A stretch of 64,000 nucleotides of DNA from the NCBI GenBank assembly GCA_965248575.1, contig CBDFJQ010000002.1:896001-960000 (forward strand), given 5' to 3'. The DNA is from Planctomycetota bacterium. Its GTDB lineage: Bacteria; Planctomycetota; B15-G4. This document shows positions 39,856 through 49,419 of this stretch, in pieces. Within the stretch, counting starts at the first letter, position 1. Each line of letters begins with the position of its first letter. The position numbers and the translations under genes were made by a program. The notes beneath the pieces are model-generated. The model had not been told where the DNA came from. It saw only the letters and a program-made list of their open reading frames with translations, and did not search any database.

Positions 39856-40833
39856 ATGATTGCAGCCTTCACTTCACGCTTCGCACTCCAACTCCTGATT
39901 GTTTCGGTTGTATTCGTGGGTGCGATCCCAATCGCGTGTGGCGGAGACTCGGACTTCTCGGATCCAGCAGTTCTCAAGTCCTGCACCGAGGACGCGCTGG
40001 TGGCGCTGGAGAAGGGCGCTGGCATCATCCTGCCCGAACCGGTCCCGGTGATCCTGCTCACGACGCAGGAGGCCAAGATCCGGCGACGGGAATACGTGGC
40101 ACAGCTGGAGGACAAGACGGGCATGACGGCGGCCGTCGACTTCATGGCGGACGCCATGATGTCTGACCGCATGTTGGGCCGATATCTCCCGGACGAGAAG
40201 GTGATCTACGTGCTCGAGAACGTCCTGCTCGACATGGCAGGAGGGAACGAGGCCCAGGCCATGAAGATGCTGTTCCCCGTGCTCGCGCATGAGCTGGTGC
40301 ACGCCTACGACGACCAGGTCTATGACAGTGTCCCCGACCCGGCAGAGCTCGGCCTGTTGACCGAAGACCCCAGCGCTCTCATGGACATCCACACGCGCAT
40401 GTCCCTGCTGGAAGGCCGCGCGAGCTTTGCTTCCTTCCTGGCCTGCGAGCACGCCGGTGTGAAACCGCTGCCCAAGCCCAGCATGGAACAGGCCCGCAAC
40501 GCCGTCTTGCTCAAGAGTGACGGCAGCCTGGGCATGGACGTCTTGAGCGGCCTGGGCAACAGCGTCGGCCGCATGAAGTTCATGCAGTATGTGTACGGCT
40601 GGGAGTTCGCGGAGCGAGCCTACGCGTACGGCGGCGAGCCGTTCTTCAAGCACGTCTTCCAACGCCTGCCTCTCTCCATGGAGGAGCTCGAGGACTTCGA
40701 TCTGTTCGTGATCCGCTGGGCCGAAGAGATGGAAGCCGAGCTGGATGCCGAGGACATCGACGCGGAGCAGGCCACTGCGCCCGGGCCTGCGGAAGCGAAC
40801 GACGAGCTGAACAACCGGCCAGCTGAGGGCTAG
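39856..40833 (+). CDS. Lipoprotein with HExxH zinc-metallopeptidase-like motif
   Basis: Lipobox IACG; G-Y-P--K-IYV, LAHELVHA-DDQ, L-EG-A. Confidence 0.65.
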   Translation: MIAAFTSRFALQLLIVSVVFVGAIPIACGGDSDFSDPAVLKSCTEDALVALEKGAGIILPEPVPVILLTTQEAKIRRREYVAQLEDKTGMTAAVDFMADAMMSDRMLGRYLPDEKVIYVLENVLLDMAGGNEAQAMKMLFPVLAHELVHAYDDQVYDSVPDPAELGLLTEDPSALMDIHTRMSLLEGRASFASFLACEHAGVKPLPKPSMEQARNAVLLKSDGSLGMDVLSGLGNSVGRMKFMQYVYGWEFAERAYAYGGEPFFKHVFQRLPLSMEELEDFDLFVIRWAEEMEAELDAEDIDAEQATAPGPAEANDELNNRPAEG

Positions 40834-42287
40834 GGCGCCAGGACTTCCAGCAGCAGGTCGCGAACAGCCTTGGGGTTTGCCTTCCCTCGGGAGGCCCGCA
40901 TCACGGAACCCAGCAGAGCGTTCAGCAAGCCGTCGTTTCCCGCGCGATAGCGCTGCACGACATCGGCCTCATCGGCGACCACCTGCTCCACCATGCTGCG
41001 CAGCTCGCTGTCGTCCGAAACCTGCATCAGATCCAGTTGCTCGGCCAGGGCGACCGCCGTGGCGTCGGGCTGATCCTCCATGGCTGTTGCCAGCAGTCGA
41101 CCCGCTTGGACAGACACGCCCCCCGTGCTGACGAGCTGGACGAGTTCCGCCAAGCGAGCGGGACCCAGGTTCAACTCTCCGATGGGCAACTTCCTGTCGT
41201 TGGACAAGCGCAGGAGTTCGGACAGCATCCAGTTGGCCGTCTCCTTCGGCTTCTTGGTGAGGGCAAGCGCCGCCTCGAAGTAGTCGCCCAAGGGCTTCTC
41301 TGCCACCAGGGAGTCGGCGTCCTTCAAGCTCAGGCCCAGGACCTCCGTGTAGCGTGCGTGGCGGTCCCTCGGAAGCTCCGGAAGATCTCCGCGCAGCTGC
41401 TCGACCCAGGTCGGATCCACGGCGAATTCCGGCAGATCCGGCTCGGGGAAGTAGCGGTAGTCCAACGCGTCTTCTTTGCTGCGCAGGGTACGCGTCCTCC
41501 CGCTGTCCGGATCGTAAGCGAGGGTCTCCTGGACCACGACTCCGCCGGCATCCAGCACTTCAGCCTGGCGATCGATCTCGGCCTGCAGTGCACCAGCCAC
41601 GAAACGGAACGAGTTGAGGTTCTTGGTTTCGGTTCGCGTCCCGAAGGGCTCCGTCCCAGCTGGACGCAGGGAGATGTTGGCATCACAACGAAAGCCGCCC
41701 TTCTCCATGTCGCAGTCGGCCACCCCGGCGTAGCGCAGGGTTCGGCGCAGCTCTTGCAGGTAGGCCATCGCTTCCGCGGGCGAGTGCATGTCCGGGCCGG
41801 AGACGATCTCCAACAGCGGCGTTCCCGCGCGGTTCAGGTCCACCAGCGAGAGATTCATGCCGTCGGGGTGGATGATCTTCCCGGAGTCTTCTTCCAGGTG
41901 GGCCCGACCGATGGACACCGTGCGGTCGGTCCCGTCCTCGAGCCGGAAGCTGAACTGCCCGTCACGACAGAGCGGGCGATCGAACTGCGAGATCTGGTAG
42001 CCCTTCGGGAGGTCCGGGTAGAAGTAGTTCTTGCGATCGAATTTGGTGCTCGGATCGATGGTGCAACCCAAGGCCAGCCCGGCCAGGACACCCAGCCGCA
42101 GTGCCTCCTGGTTCAACGTCGGCAAGGTCCCCGGCTGACTGGTGCAGATGGGGCAGATGAGCGTGTTCGGCGGGGCACCGAAGCGCGCCTCGCAACGGCA
42201 GAACATCTTGCTCGCCGTCCCCAGCTGGACGTGCACCTCAAGGCCGATGACCGGTTCCCATGTCGTGCTGGTCGTGCTCGTCGTCAT
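40830..42287 (-). CDS. gatB: Asp/Glu-tRNA amidotransferase subunit B
   Basis: IGLEVHVQL, FDRKNYFYPDLPKGYQISQ, HLEED-GK, NRAG-PL-EIV, RCDANIS, YRYFPEPDL. Confidence 0.98.
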   Translation of the reverse strand: MTTSTTSTTWEPVIGLEVHVQLGTASKMFCRCEARFGAPPNTLICPICTSQPGTLPTLNQEALRLGVLAGLALGCTIDPSTKFDRKNYFYPDLPKGYQISQFDRPLCRDGQFSFRLEDGTDRTVSIGRAHLEEDSGKIIHPDGMNLSLVDLNRAGTPLLEIVSGPDMHSPAEAMAYLQELRRTLRYAGVADCDMEKGGFRCDANISLRPAGTEPFGTRTETKNLNSFRFVAGALQAEIDRQAEVLDAGGVVVQETLAYDPDSGRTRTLRSKEDALDYRYFPEPDLPEFAVDPTWVEQLRGDLPELPRDRHARYTEVLGLSLKDADSLVAEKPLGDYFEAALALTKKPKETANWMLSELLRLSNDRKLPIGELNLGPARLAELVQLVSTGGVSVQAGRLLATAMEDQPDATAVALAEQLDLMQVSDDSELRSMVEQVVADEADVVQRYRAGNDGLLNALLGSVMRASRGKANPKAVRDLLLEVLAP

Positions 42288-43783
42288 GCCTCGCCTCCGT
42301 GCAGTGCGCAGCGTTCAGGCTCTCCGCGAGCTGCCTCGAAGGCGCGTGCCGCCGCCAGGACACGATGATCTTGACCCGCCGCGCCTGTCAGCGAGAGCCC
42401 CACGGGCAGCCCCTTGCACGCGCCTTTGCGTGCGAGGCCGCAGGGGACCGACACACTGGGCAATCCCGCAAGGCACACAGGAGCCGTGAGCAGATCACAC
42501 AGGTACATGGAGTAGGCATCATTGCTGCGCTCACCCAGCTTGAAGGCGCCGAAGGGCGAGGTGGGCCCGGCGATGAGGTCGAACTCCTGGAAGAGCGCTG
42601 AGAACTCGTTGAGAATCAGCCTGCGGACCGAAAGCGCCTTCTTGTACCAGGCGTCTGCGTAGCCAGCGGAGAGAGCGAAGGTGCCGAGAGCGATCCGGCG
42701 CCTGACTTCCGGGCCGAACAAGCTGGCCCTCGTGTGGCTGTAGCGTTCCACCAGGTCGCCGAGGGCGTCGCGGTCCTCTTGCGTGGCGTCGGGAACGGGG
42801 CCGAAGTGGATGCCATCGAAGCGCGCCAGATTGCTGGACGCCTCGCTACACGCCACAAGGTAGTAGACGGGGATCGCGTGGTGCATCGTCGGCAGGCTGC
42901 CTTTCGGAACAACACGCGTGATGGCGCCAGCATCGTCGAGGGTCTGGATCGACGCGCTGATCTGCTCCAGGACACGGCTGTCCACGGCTTCATCCAGGAA
43001 TTCCTCCGGAATCCCGACCCTCAGCCCCTCGAGGTCAGCCCGCTCAGACAGAGCCGAAGGGCGCTTGCCCTCCCAGCTGGTGGAATCGCGAGGGTCGTGT
43101 CCAGCAATGACGTCGTATACCAAGGCCGCATCCTCGGCGTGCGCGGCGAGCGGTCCGATCACGTCGAGGGAAGAGCCGAAGGCCACCAGCCCCTGGCGTG
43201 AGACGGCGCCAAAAGTCGGCTTGAATCCGGTGATGCCACACAGTGCAGCCGGCTGACGAATGGAGCCACCCGTCTCCGACCCCAAGGCAACCGGGACGAT
43301 GCCGGCCGCCACGGCCGCAGCACTTCCGCCACTGCTTCCGCCTGGAACGCGGTCCGTGTCCCAGGGGTTGCGGCTCGCACCGAAGGCAGAGTTCTCCGTG
43401 GACGCTCCCATGGCAAACTCGTCGAGGTTCGTCCGCCCCAGGAGGACCGCACCCTCTGCAAGCAGTCGCTGCGCCACGAAGCCCGTGTACGGCGAACGAT
43501 AGCCCTCGAGAATGCGTGAGCCCGCTGTGAGCGTCGCACCGCGCACCGCCATGTTGTCCTTGAGCGAGATGGGCACCCCGGCCAGGCGCCCCGGGTCTTC
43601 ACCCTTGCGCAGGGTTTCGGCCACTTGTTCCGCGAGCCGCCGCGCCCGAGCCAGATCGGGGTCCAGGTAGGCCTGCACCATCGGGTCCCGCTTCTCCAGG
43701 CGGCGGATCGCATTCTCGGTGACGTCTTGGGGGTCGAACTCCCCAGAGCGCACGCGTGCTGCTATGGCGGTGGCGGAGAGCAT
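42284..43783 (-). CDS. gatA: Asp/Glu-tRNA amidotransferase subunit A
   Basis: Amidase signature KDN, N-DEFAMG-STENS, PGGSSGGSAAAV, GSETGGSIRQPA, EASSNLARFDG. Confidence 0.97.
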   Translation of the reverse strand: MLSATAIAARVRSGEFDPQDVTENAIRRLEKRDPMVQAYLDPDLARARRLAEQVAETLRKGEDPGRLAGVPISLKDNMAVRGATLTAGSRILEGYRSPYTGFVAQRLLAEGAVLLGRTNLDEFAMGASTENSAFGASRNPWDTDRVPGGSSGGSAAAVAAGIVPVALGSETGGSIRQPAALCGITGFKPTFGAVSRQGLVAFGSSLDVIGPLAAHAEDAALVYDVIAGHDPRDSTSWEGKRPSALSERADLEGLRVGIPEEFLDEAVDSRVLEQISASIQTLDDAGAITRVVPKGSLPTMHHAIPVYYLVACSEASSNLARFDGIHFGPVPDATQEDRDALGDLVERYSHTRASLFGPEVRRRIALGTFALSAGYADAWYKKALSVRRLILNEFSALFQEFDLIAGPTSPFGAFKLGERSNDAYSMYLCDLLTAPVCLAGLPSVSVPCGLARKGACKGLPVGLSLTGAAGQDHRVLAAARAFEAARGEPERCALHGGEA

Positions 43784-43785
43784 GC

Positions 43786-44118
43786 TCAGGAATCTTCCGC
43801 CGTGTCCTCGGATCGTTCCGGGCGTTCAGGGCCCTCGACCACTCGCGGCACCACGAAGAACCCCTCCCGATGATTGGCGGACAGGGGCACGAGCACGTTG
43901 CGGGGGTCCGGAAAGGCCTCCACCACATCCGGCGCCGGGACGCCAGCCGCCGTCAGGACGTGCGCCATGGGCTCGATGCCGTCCGTGTCCACATCCTGGA
44001 TGGACTGAAAATGCACGAGCAACGACTCCAGCTCACCGCAGAGGGCCTGCTTCTCCTCGGGCGAGAGGCCCAGCCGGGAGAGCCCCGCGAGGCGTTCGAG
44101 CAACTCCTGAGTGATCAT
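43786..44118 (-). CDS. gatC: Asp/Glu-tRNA amidotransferase subunit C
   Basis: MITQE---LA-LSRL...VDT--IEPM...FFVVPRV; directly upstream of gatA. Confidence 0.9.
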   Translation of the reverse strand: MITQELLERLAGLSRLGLSPEEKQALCGELESLLVHFQSIQDVDTDGIEPMAHVLTAAGVPAPDVVEAFPDPRNVLVPLSANHREGFFVVPRVVEGPERPERSEDTAEDS

Positions 44119-44485
44119 GTAGGTCGGTCGCGCTGAAAATGGGGGAGAAAAGCCCGAGACGGCATCCGGGGGCCCAGGGCGCACCAGACCTCTCGGGCGG
44201 GCGGTGATGCGGGGCTGGGTGCCGGGATGGGTGCCGTGGGCTGGCCGGAAGTCCGGCAATGCTAGCGCACCCGTCTCCAGACGTTCCAGCACCGCTCCCA
44301 GGTCGGTCTGGGGTCAGACTGGGGTCGGCTGGGCACATTCCGGGCACTCAGCGGGGCTGCAATCAAGGAGTCACGGACTGAGGGGCCCCACGTCCCTGCT
44401 CTCGTATTCGCTGGATTCCGTCCCCCGAATCCCTATGCCATGATAAATCCTTTCCAGGTCGGACCCCTCGGAGCCCCTCTGGGTG

Positions 44486-45091
44486 ATGGAGTTCATCAAC
44501 CTCTCGTCGATCGGACTCGCCCTCGACATCGTCGGCGTGATCTTCCTCGCGAACTCCATGGGAGTCCGCAATCCGCGGCGCTTCATCCACGAGCACTTCG
44601 GGATCGAGCGGCAGCAACCCCTGCGTGCCGTACACCAACAGGTGCGTGTGAAGGCACAGATCTTCACGGGCTTCCTGTTCTTGATGGTGGGGTTCTCACT
44701 CCAGATCGTGGCCCAGCTGTCTCCCGCCTCGCCAACGGCTCCGGCCCCCGAGGGCTTCCCGCTCGAAGCGGCGGGCCTGCTGCTGGGCGGCATCATCGCC
44801 ACCACGACGGCGCTGCGCCTGGCACAGAATGCGTGGAGCCTCGCCGTCTTCCGCGGCCTGCTCAGCGAGTTTTTCCAGGATCACAGCGACTGGAACTTCG
44901 AGAAGCATCCGACCGAGACGCGGGAGATCGGAGAAATCCTCGGTGTCTCTCCGCTCGGGGATGACTCCATCGCGGACTACTCGGACCGCGTACGCGCGGC
45001 GCTCCGCCTTGCACCCCATGGCCGCCGCCGGGCATCAGCTGATGACGCCTTTGCTCCGCTGCGCAAGATGGGGGCGGGCCGCCGGCCGTAG
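44486..45091 (+). CDS. Hypothetical membrane protein (about 3 TM)
   Basis: Typical high-GC codon usage and hydrophobic segments; no family recognised. Confidence 0.65.
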   Translation: MEFINLSSIGLALDIVGVIFLANSMGVRNPRRFIHEHFGIERQQPLRAVHQQVRVKAQIFTGFLFLMVGFSLQIVAQLSPASPTAPAPEGFPLEAAGLLLGGIIATTTALRLAQNAWSLAVFRGLLSEFFQDHSDWNFEKHPTETREIGEILGVSPLGDDSIADYSDRVRAALRLAPHGRRRASADDAFAPLRKMGAGRRP

Positions 45092-45809
45092 CAGCCTCGA
45101 CGCGGGGCCCGACCTTCTGGCGCTGCTGCTTCCCGGTCGGTGTCCGAGCTGCCAGGGTGTCTCCTCAGGCGATGTCTGCCAGAGCTGTCTGGGCGATTGC
45201 AGGCCTCCTCCCGGCCCGGCCTGCGTCCGGTGCGCGGCCCCTTGGACCCTCGCCGGCTTCAGGGAAGGCTGGTGCGGGCGCTGCTGGCGCTACAGACGAC
45301 CGTTCGCTTTCGAGGCGGCGCTGGCCCTCTGGCACTACCGCGGGGCCCCGCGCCGCATCGTCCTGGCCGTCAAGTTCTCCGGACGCCGTGACGCCCTGCG
45401 CCCGCTGGGCAGGCGCATGGCCCGCTGCACCCGGGCGGCCTCCCTACGAGCCGTTCATCGCCCCGACCTCGTGGTGCCCATCCCCGCCCGCTCGGCCTCG
45501 CGCCGTCAACGGGGCTACGACCAGGCCTTCGGCCTTGCCCAAGGCGTCGCAGAGTCCTTGGGAAGCTGTTGCGAAGCCAGTGCCCTCAGGCGCAGACGAG
45601 AACCTGCCCGAGCCCAAGCCCGCTCATCGGGCGAAGAGCGACGCAAGCAACTGCGTGCAGGTTTCCGGGCCCGGACTGCCCGGGTCTCTGGCCGATCCGT
45701 GCTGCTCGTGGACGACGTGCTGAGCACCGGCGCCACCGCCGATGCGGCGGCCCGCGCCCTCAAGCTGGCAGGGGCCTCATCCGTTCGCGTGCTGGTCCTG
45801 GCCAGCTAG
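45042..45809 (+). CDS. comF: ComF-family protein (double zinc ribbon + phosphoribosyltransferase)
   Basis: CPSC..CQSC..CVRC..CGRC, VPIP-------RGYDQ, LLVDDVLSTGAT; start uncertain. Confidence 0.85.
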   Translation: MTPLLRCARWGRAAGRSSLDAGPDLLALLLPGRCPSCQGVSSGDVCQSCLGDCRPPPGPACVRCAAPWTLAGFREGWCGRCWRYRRPFAFEAALALWHYRGAPRRIVLAVKFSGRRDALRPLGRRMARCTRAASLRAVHRPDLVVPIPARSASRRQRGYDQAFGLAQGVAESLGSCCEASALRRRREPARAQARSSGEERRKQLRAGFRARTARVSGRSVLLVDDVLSTGATADAAARALKLAGASSVRVLVLAS

Positions 45810-45826
45810 GCAGCGCGCCGAACGGC

Positions 45827-46522
45827 TCAGGACGAGCCGCGTGCCGCGTCGCGCAGATCTTTCATGTCGGACACGAAGCTCTCGATGGCTTCACGATCGT
45901 CGTCGGAGACCTTGGTGAAGTGCATCGACAGGGTCGTGACCGAATCGCCGATATCAGCCGACTCGATGCGCGCGCTGACGTCAAAGAACTCCTTGCGATA
46001 CAGCGGCAAGCGGAACTTGAGACGCACCTCGCGACCGCAGGCGAGCTGGTCCAAGGAGCCTGGTGCCTGGCATTCGATGCTGTCCTTCTCCAGCCGGCGG
46101 AGACGGGCCACCACGGGGCGGGTCTCTTCGGGCACGTGGATCATGACGGTGCTCTCGGACTCGCCGTCCAGCTCCACAGATGCGGTGCGGTCCAGCGCAG
46201 CCAAGGCTTCGTCATCGTCCTCGAAGGTGGAGAAGAGGCGATCCAGGCCCAGCGACTCCATGGCCTCGCGAACGCCAGCGCTGGGCTGGGAGATCACCAG
46301 ATCCCCGCCCTGGGCCTTGCACCCCTTGCGGGCCTTGATCATGGCGCCAAGCGCCGTGCTGTTGACGAATTTCACGAGGCGCATGTTGAGCACGATTTTG
46401 TGAACGCCGTCGGCGTGCACCTTCCCGATCTCATTGCTGAACGGGTTGGTCACGAATGAATCGAACTCACCCTTCAGGGTCAGGACGACGATTCCGGACA
46501 GGTTCTCCTTCAGAACTTTCAT
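45827..46522 (-). CDS. Anti-sigma-factor antagonist (STAS) fused to a PilZ-like domain
   Basis: L-GEFD, IVLNM--V-FVNSTALG, G-LVI, LGL-RLF--F; C-terminal G-EV-LKFRLP...V-ARI...MHFT-VS--D---I--FV. Confidence 0.8.
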   Translation of the reverse strand: MKVLKENLSGIVVLTLKGEFDSFVTNPFSNEIGKVHADGVHKIVLNMRLVKFVNSTALGAMIKARKGCKAQGGDLVISQPSAGVREAMESLGLDRLFSTFEDDDEALAALDRTASVELDGESESTVMIHVPEETRPVVARLRRLEKDSIECQAPGSLDQLACGREVRLKFRLPLYRKEFFDVSARIESADIGDSVTTLSMHFTKVSDDDREAIESFVSDMKDLRDAARGSS

Positions 46523-46734
46523 GGATCAATCCGTGAGGTCTGGCGAGGCTAGGCTGCTTGCGGGATGGCTGAGGTTCGCAACCGCCCTTCGGGAGTCGGC
46601 CAGGGGCCAACAGGACGTGAGTGCGAAGCGCGCCATTCTCATGGGGCCCGCGAGGAAGGTCAAGGCTGGTGGCCCTCGCGAACCCTTGTTTTCAACCCCG
46701 TGGACCGGCAAGGCGGACTGGTACACTCCGCCGC

Positions 46735-48108
46735 ATGTGCGGCCTCTTTCGACGTAAGAAACCCAGTCCTCCCCACGAAGTCCCGGATCTACCGGCCTCA
46801 GGGGATCCGGCCACCGTCTTCTTCGACGGCGCCCAGACCACCTACATCACCGGCGATCGAGAGCGGGATTCCAGTCGTGTCCGCCTGCTGATCGACAGCC
46901 TGGGCGAAGTCAGCCGGCAGATGGACCCCGACAAGCTGCTCGAATCCATGGTGGACCGGGCCGTCAAGGTCGTGGGTGCCGAGCGGGGCTTGCTCTTCAC
47001 CCGCGACTCGGAATCCGACACCCCCGTGCTGCGGGTGGGCCGTGCCGCCGACGGACAGGAGCTACCCAAGGGCGCCACCTGGTCCACGCGCGAGATCCAG
47101 AGCGTGCTGGAGACGGGCGAGGCCATCTGCAAGAAAGCGGACGACGGCAAGGACTTCGACCCCAGCCAGTCCATGATCAGCCTCAACATCCGCTCAGTCA
47201 TGTGCGTGCCGCTGAAGTTCCAGGACGCCTTGGAAGGGGCCATCTACGTGGACGCTCGGGCATCCGAGCGCCCGTTCCAGAAGGCGGACCTGCGTTTCTT
47301 CGAGGCGTTCGCCGACATGCTCTCGATCGTCTGGACGAACCGCCGGGTCACCGAGGAGCGGGTCCTGAGTGAGCGCATGCAGCGTGACCTGGAGCTCGTT
47401 CGCGAGATCCAAGGCAACCTCTTCCCGAGCACGGAGCTGAAGTCGCACGGCATGACCATGTGCGGCCGGGTCATCCCTGCCACGGAAGCCGGGGGCGACT
47501 ACTTCGACTTCTTCAAGACGAAGAGCAACTTCCTCGCCATGGCCATCGGCGATGTGTCGGGTCACGGAGCTGGCCCGGCGCTGTTCATGTCGGGTGCCCG
47601 GGCGTATCTGCGCGCCTACAGCCAGACCGCGGAATCCCCGAAGGTGATCCTGCGCCGACTCAACCGTCACCTCGCGGGAGACATGGGCGACGACATGTTC
47701 ATGTCGATGTTCCTGTGCGTCGTCGACCAGGAGTCCCGGGACTTCTACTACGCCAACGCCGGTCATCCGAACCCGATCCTGCTGCACTCCACCACCGGCG
47801 AGCTCGAGGACTACAAGATCACCGGCATGGCGCTGGGCGTCGAGGACGACGCAGACTGGGGCGAACGCGGGCCCTACCAGCTGGACCCGGGCGACACGGT
47901 AGTGATGTTCACCGACGGCATCCTCGAGATGCGTCGCGGAGATGAACAGTACGGCCGCACGCGACTGGGTGAATCCATCCTGAAGCACAACCAGATGCCC
48001 GCCACGGAGCTGGTGGAGGCCCTCATCGCCGACGCCATCGACTGGGCTGGCCTGACGGGTCCGGCAGACGACGACATCACCCTCGCGGTCTTGCGCGCCG
48101 ATGCGTGA
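46735..48108 (+). CDS. GAF domain + SpoIIE/RsbU-type PP2C serine phosphatase
   Basis: AERG-L, IRSVMCVPL, GAIYVD (GAF); GGDYFDF, IGDVSGHG--PAL, NAGH, FTDG--E, DDIT. Confidence 0.9.
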   Translation: MCGLFRRKKPSPPHEVPDLPASGDPATVFFDGAQTTYITGDRERDSSRVRLLIDSLGEVSRQMDPDKLLESMVDRAVKVVGAERGLLFTRDSESDTPVLRVGRAADGQELPKGATWSTREIQSVLETGEAICKKADDGKDFDPSQSMISLNIRSVMCVPLKFQDALEGAIYVDARASERPFQKADLRFFEAFADMLSIVWTNRRVTEERVLSERMQRDLELVREIQGNLFPSTELKSHGMTMCGRVIPATEAGGDYFDFFKTKSNFLAMAIGDVSGHGAGPALFMSGARAYLRAYSQTAESPKVILRRLNRHLAGDMGDDMFMSMFLCVVDQESRDFYYANAGHPNPILLHSTTGELEDYKITGMALGVEDDADWGERGPYQLDPGDTVVMFTDGILEMRRGDEQYGRTRLGESILKHNQMPATELVEALIADAIDWAGLTGPADDDITLAVLRADA

Positions 48109-49405
48109 TGCAGGCAAGGGTGACCACCCGCTGAGCATCTCCAACGTGATCCTGCCGGAGCGGGATCTGGGCGAGCGCTACGATGTCCTCGTCGACGGCA
48201 AGGACATCGTCGAGATTGCCGTCGCCAAGGAGGGGGGTCTCGACCCCCAAGCCGAGCAGATGGACGGCAGGGGGCATTGGTTGCTGCCCGGCTTCATCGA
48301 CGACCACGTGCATTTGCGTGAGCCGGGCATGGAGTTCAAGGAAGGCTACGCCACGGGCACCCGGGCCGCAGCGGCAGGGGGCATCACGACGATGCTCGAA
48401 ATCCAGAACAACCAACCCTTGATGACGAGCCGGCGCGCCATCGAGGAGAAGCTGGAACAGGTCCGCCCGAAGTCCGTCGTCAACGTCGGCGTGTACGGCA
48501 GCCTGGTTCCAGCCATCCTCGGCCATGTCTCCGAAATGTCGGATCTCGTGGCGGGCTACAAGCTGTTCATGGGGCCCTCCACAGGCGGCATCGATGTGTC
48601 GGGCGAAGACCGCTTGCGGCGACTGTTCAGCGCGGTGGCCGAGACCGGGCACTGGCTTTTCGTCCATGCAGAGGACGGCGCAAGCATCGCCGCTGGAATC
48701 GCAGAACACGGCTCCGGTGGGGCGGCGAGCTGGCACCTGGCGCGCTCCGCCGAAGCGGAGATCGTCGCCACGCGAAACGCCATCGCATTCGGCAAGGAGT
48801 GCGGCACGCGCGTCCACATCTTCCACATGTCGAGCGGGGGGGCGGCCGAGCTCGTGCGCGATGCCAGGCAGTCCGGTCAGGCGGTGACGGGCGGAACCTG
48901 TCCGCACTACCTCTACTTCACGAACGAGGACACGGCGCGCATGGGGACGGTCCTGCGTGTCAACCCCTCGATCAAGACCAAGCAGGACCAAGAGGCCCTC
49001 GTCGAGGGATTGCGCAGCGGCTCCATCGACTGCCTGTCCTCCGACCATGCACCCCACCCTGCCGAAGAGAAGGCCAAGCCCTTTCCTGAGGCACCGTCCG
49101 GCATCCCTTGTCTGGACATCTTCATGCCGCTCTGCCTGACCTTGGTCGAGCGTGGCCTGCTCGACCTGGCGACGGTCATCGCACGCGGAGCCTCCACGCC
49201 CGCCGAAGTGCACGGCTTCACCCGCAAGGGCAGCGTAGCTGCGGGGTATGAAGCAGATCTCGTCCTCGTGGACCCCAGCGAGCGGCGGATCGTCCGCGGT
49301 GCCGAGCATCATTCGAAGGCCAAGCTCACGCCCTATGAGGGCATGGAGCTCATGGGCTGGCCCCGCATGACCATGGTGCAAGGGCGCATCGCCCACAGCA
49401 GCTGA
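48101..49405 (+). CDS. pyrC: Dihydroorotase-family cyclic amidohydrolase
   Basis: PG-IDDHVHLREPG--KE---TG--AAAAGG-TT, K-FMG, VHAED, HIFH-S, VNP, SDHAPH; allantoinase-type specificity not excluded. Confidence 0.75.
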   Translation: MRDAGKGDHPLSISNVILPERDLGERYDVLVDGKDIVEIAVAKEGGLDPQAEQMDGRGHWLLPGFIDDHVHLREPGMEFKEGYATGTRAAAAGGITTMLEIQNNQPLMTSRRAIEEKLEQVRPKSVVNVGVYGSLVPAILGHVSEMSDLVAGYKLFMGPSTGGIDVSGEDRLRRLFSAVAETGHWLFVHAEDGASIAAGIAEHGSGGAASWHLARSAEAEIVATRNAIAFGKECGTRVHIFHMSSGGAAELVRDARQSGQAVTGGTCPHYLYFTNEDTARMGTVLRVNPSIKTKQDQEALVEGLRSGSIDCLSSDHAPHPAEEKAKPFPEAPSGIPCLDIFMPLCLTLVERGLLDLATVIARGASTPAEVHGFTRKGSVAAGYEADLVLVDPSERRIVRGAEHHSKAKLTPYEGMELMGWPRMTMVQGRIAHSS

Positions 49406-49419
49406 ACAGGGAGGGAGCC

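Noticed and set aside
44301..44332. Degenerate 11-bp tandem GGTCRG-CTGG x3 upstream of gatC
   Set aside because: Short, GC-rich and imperfect; plausible by chance
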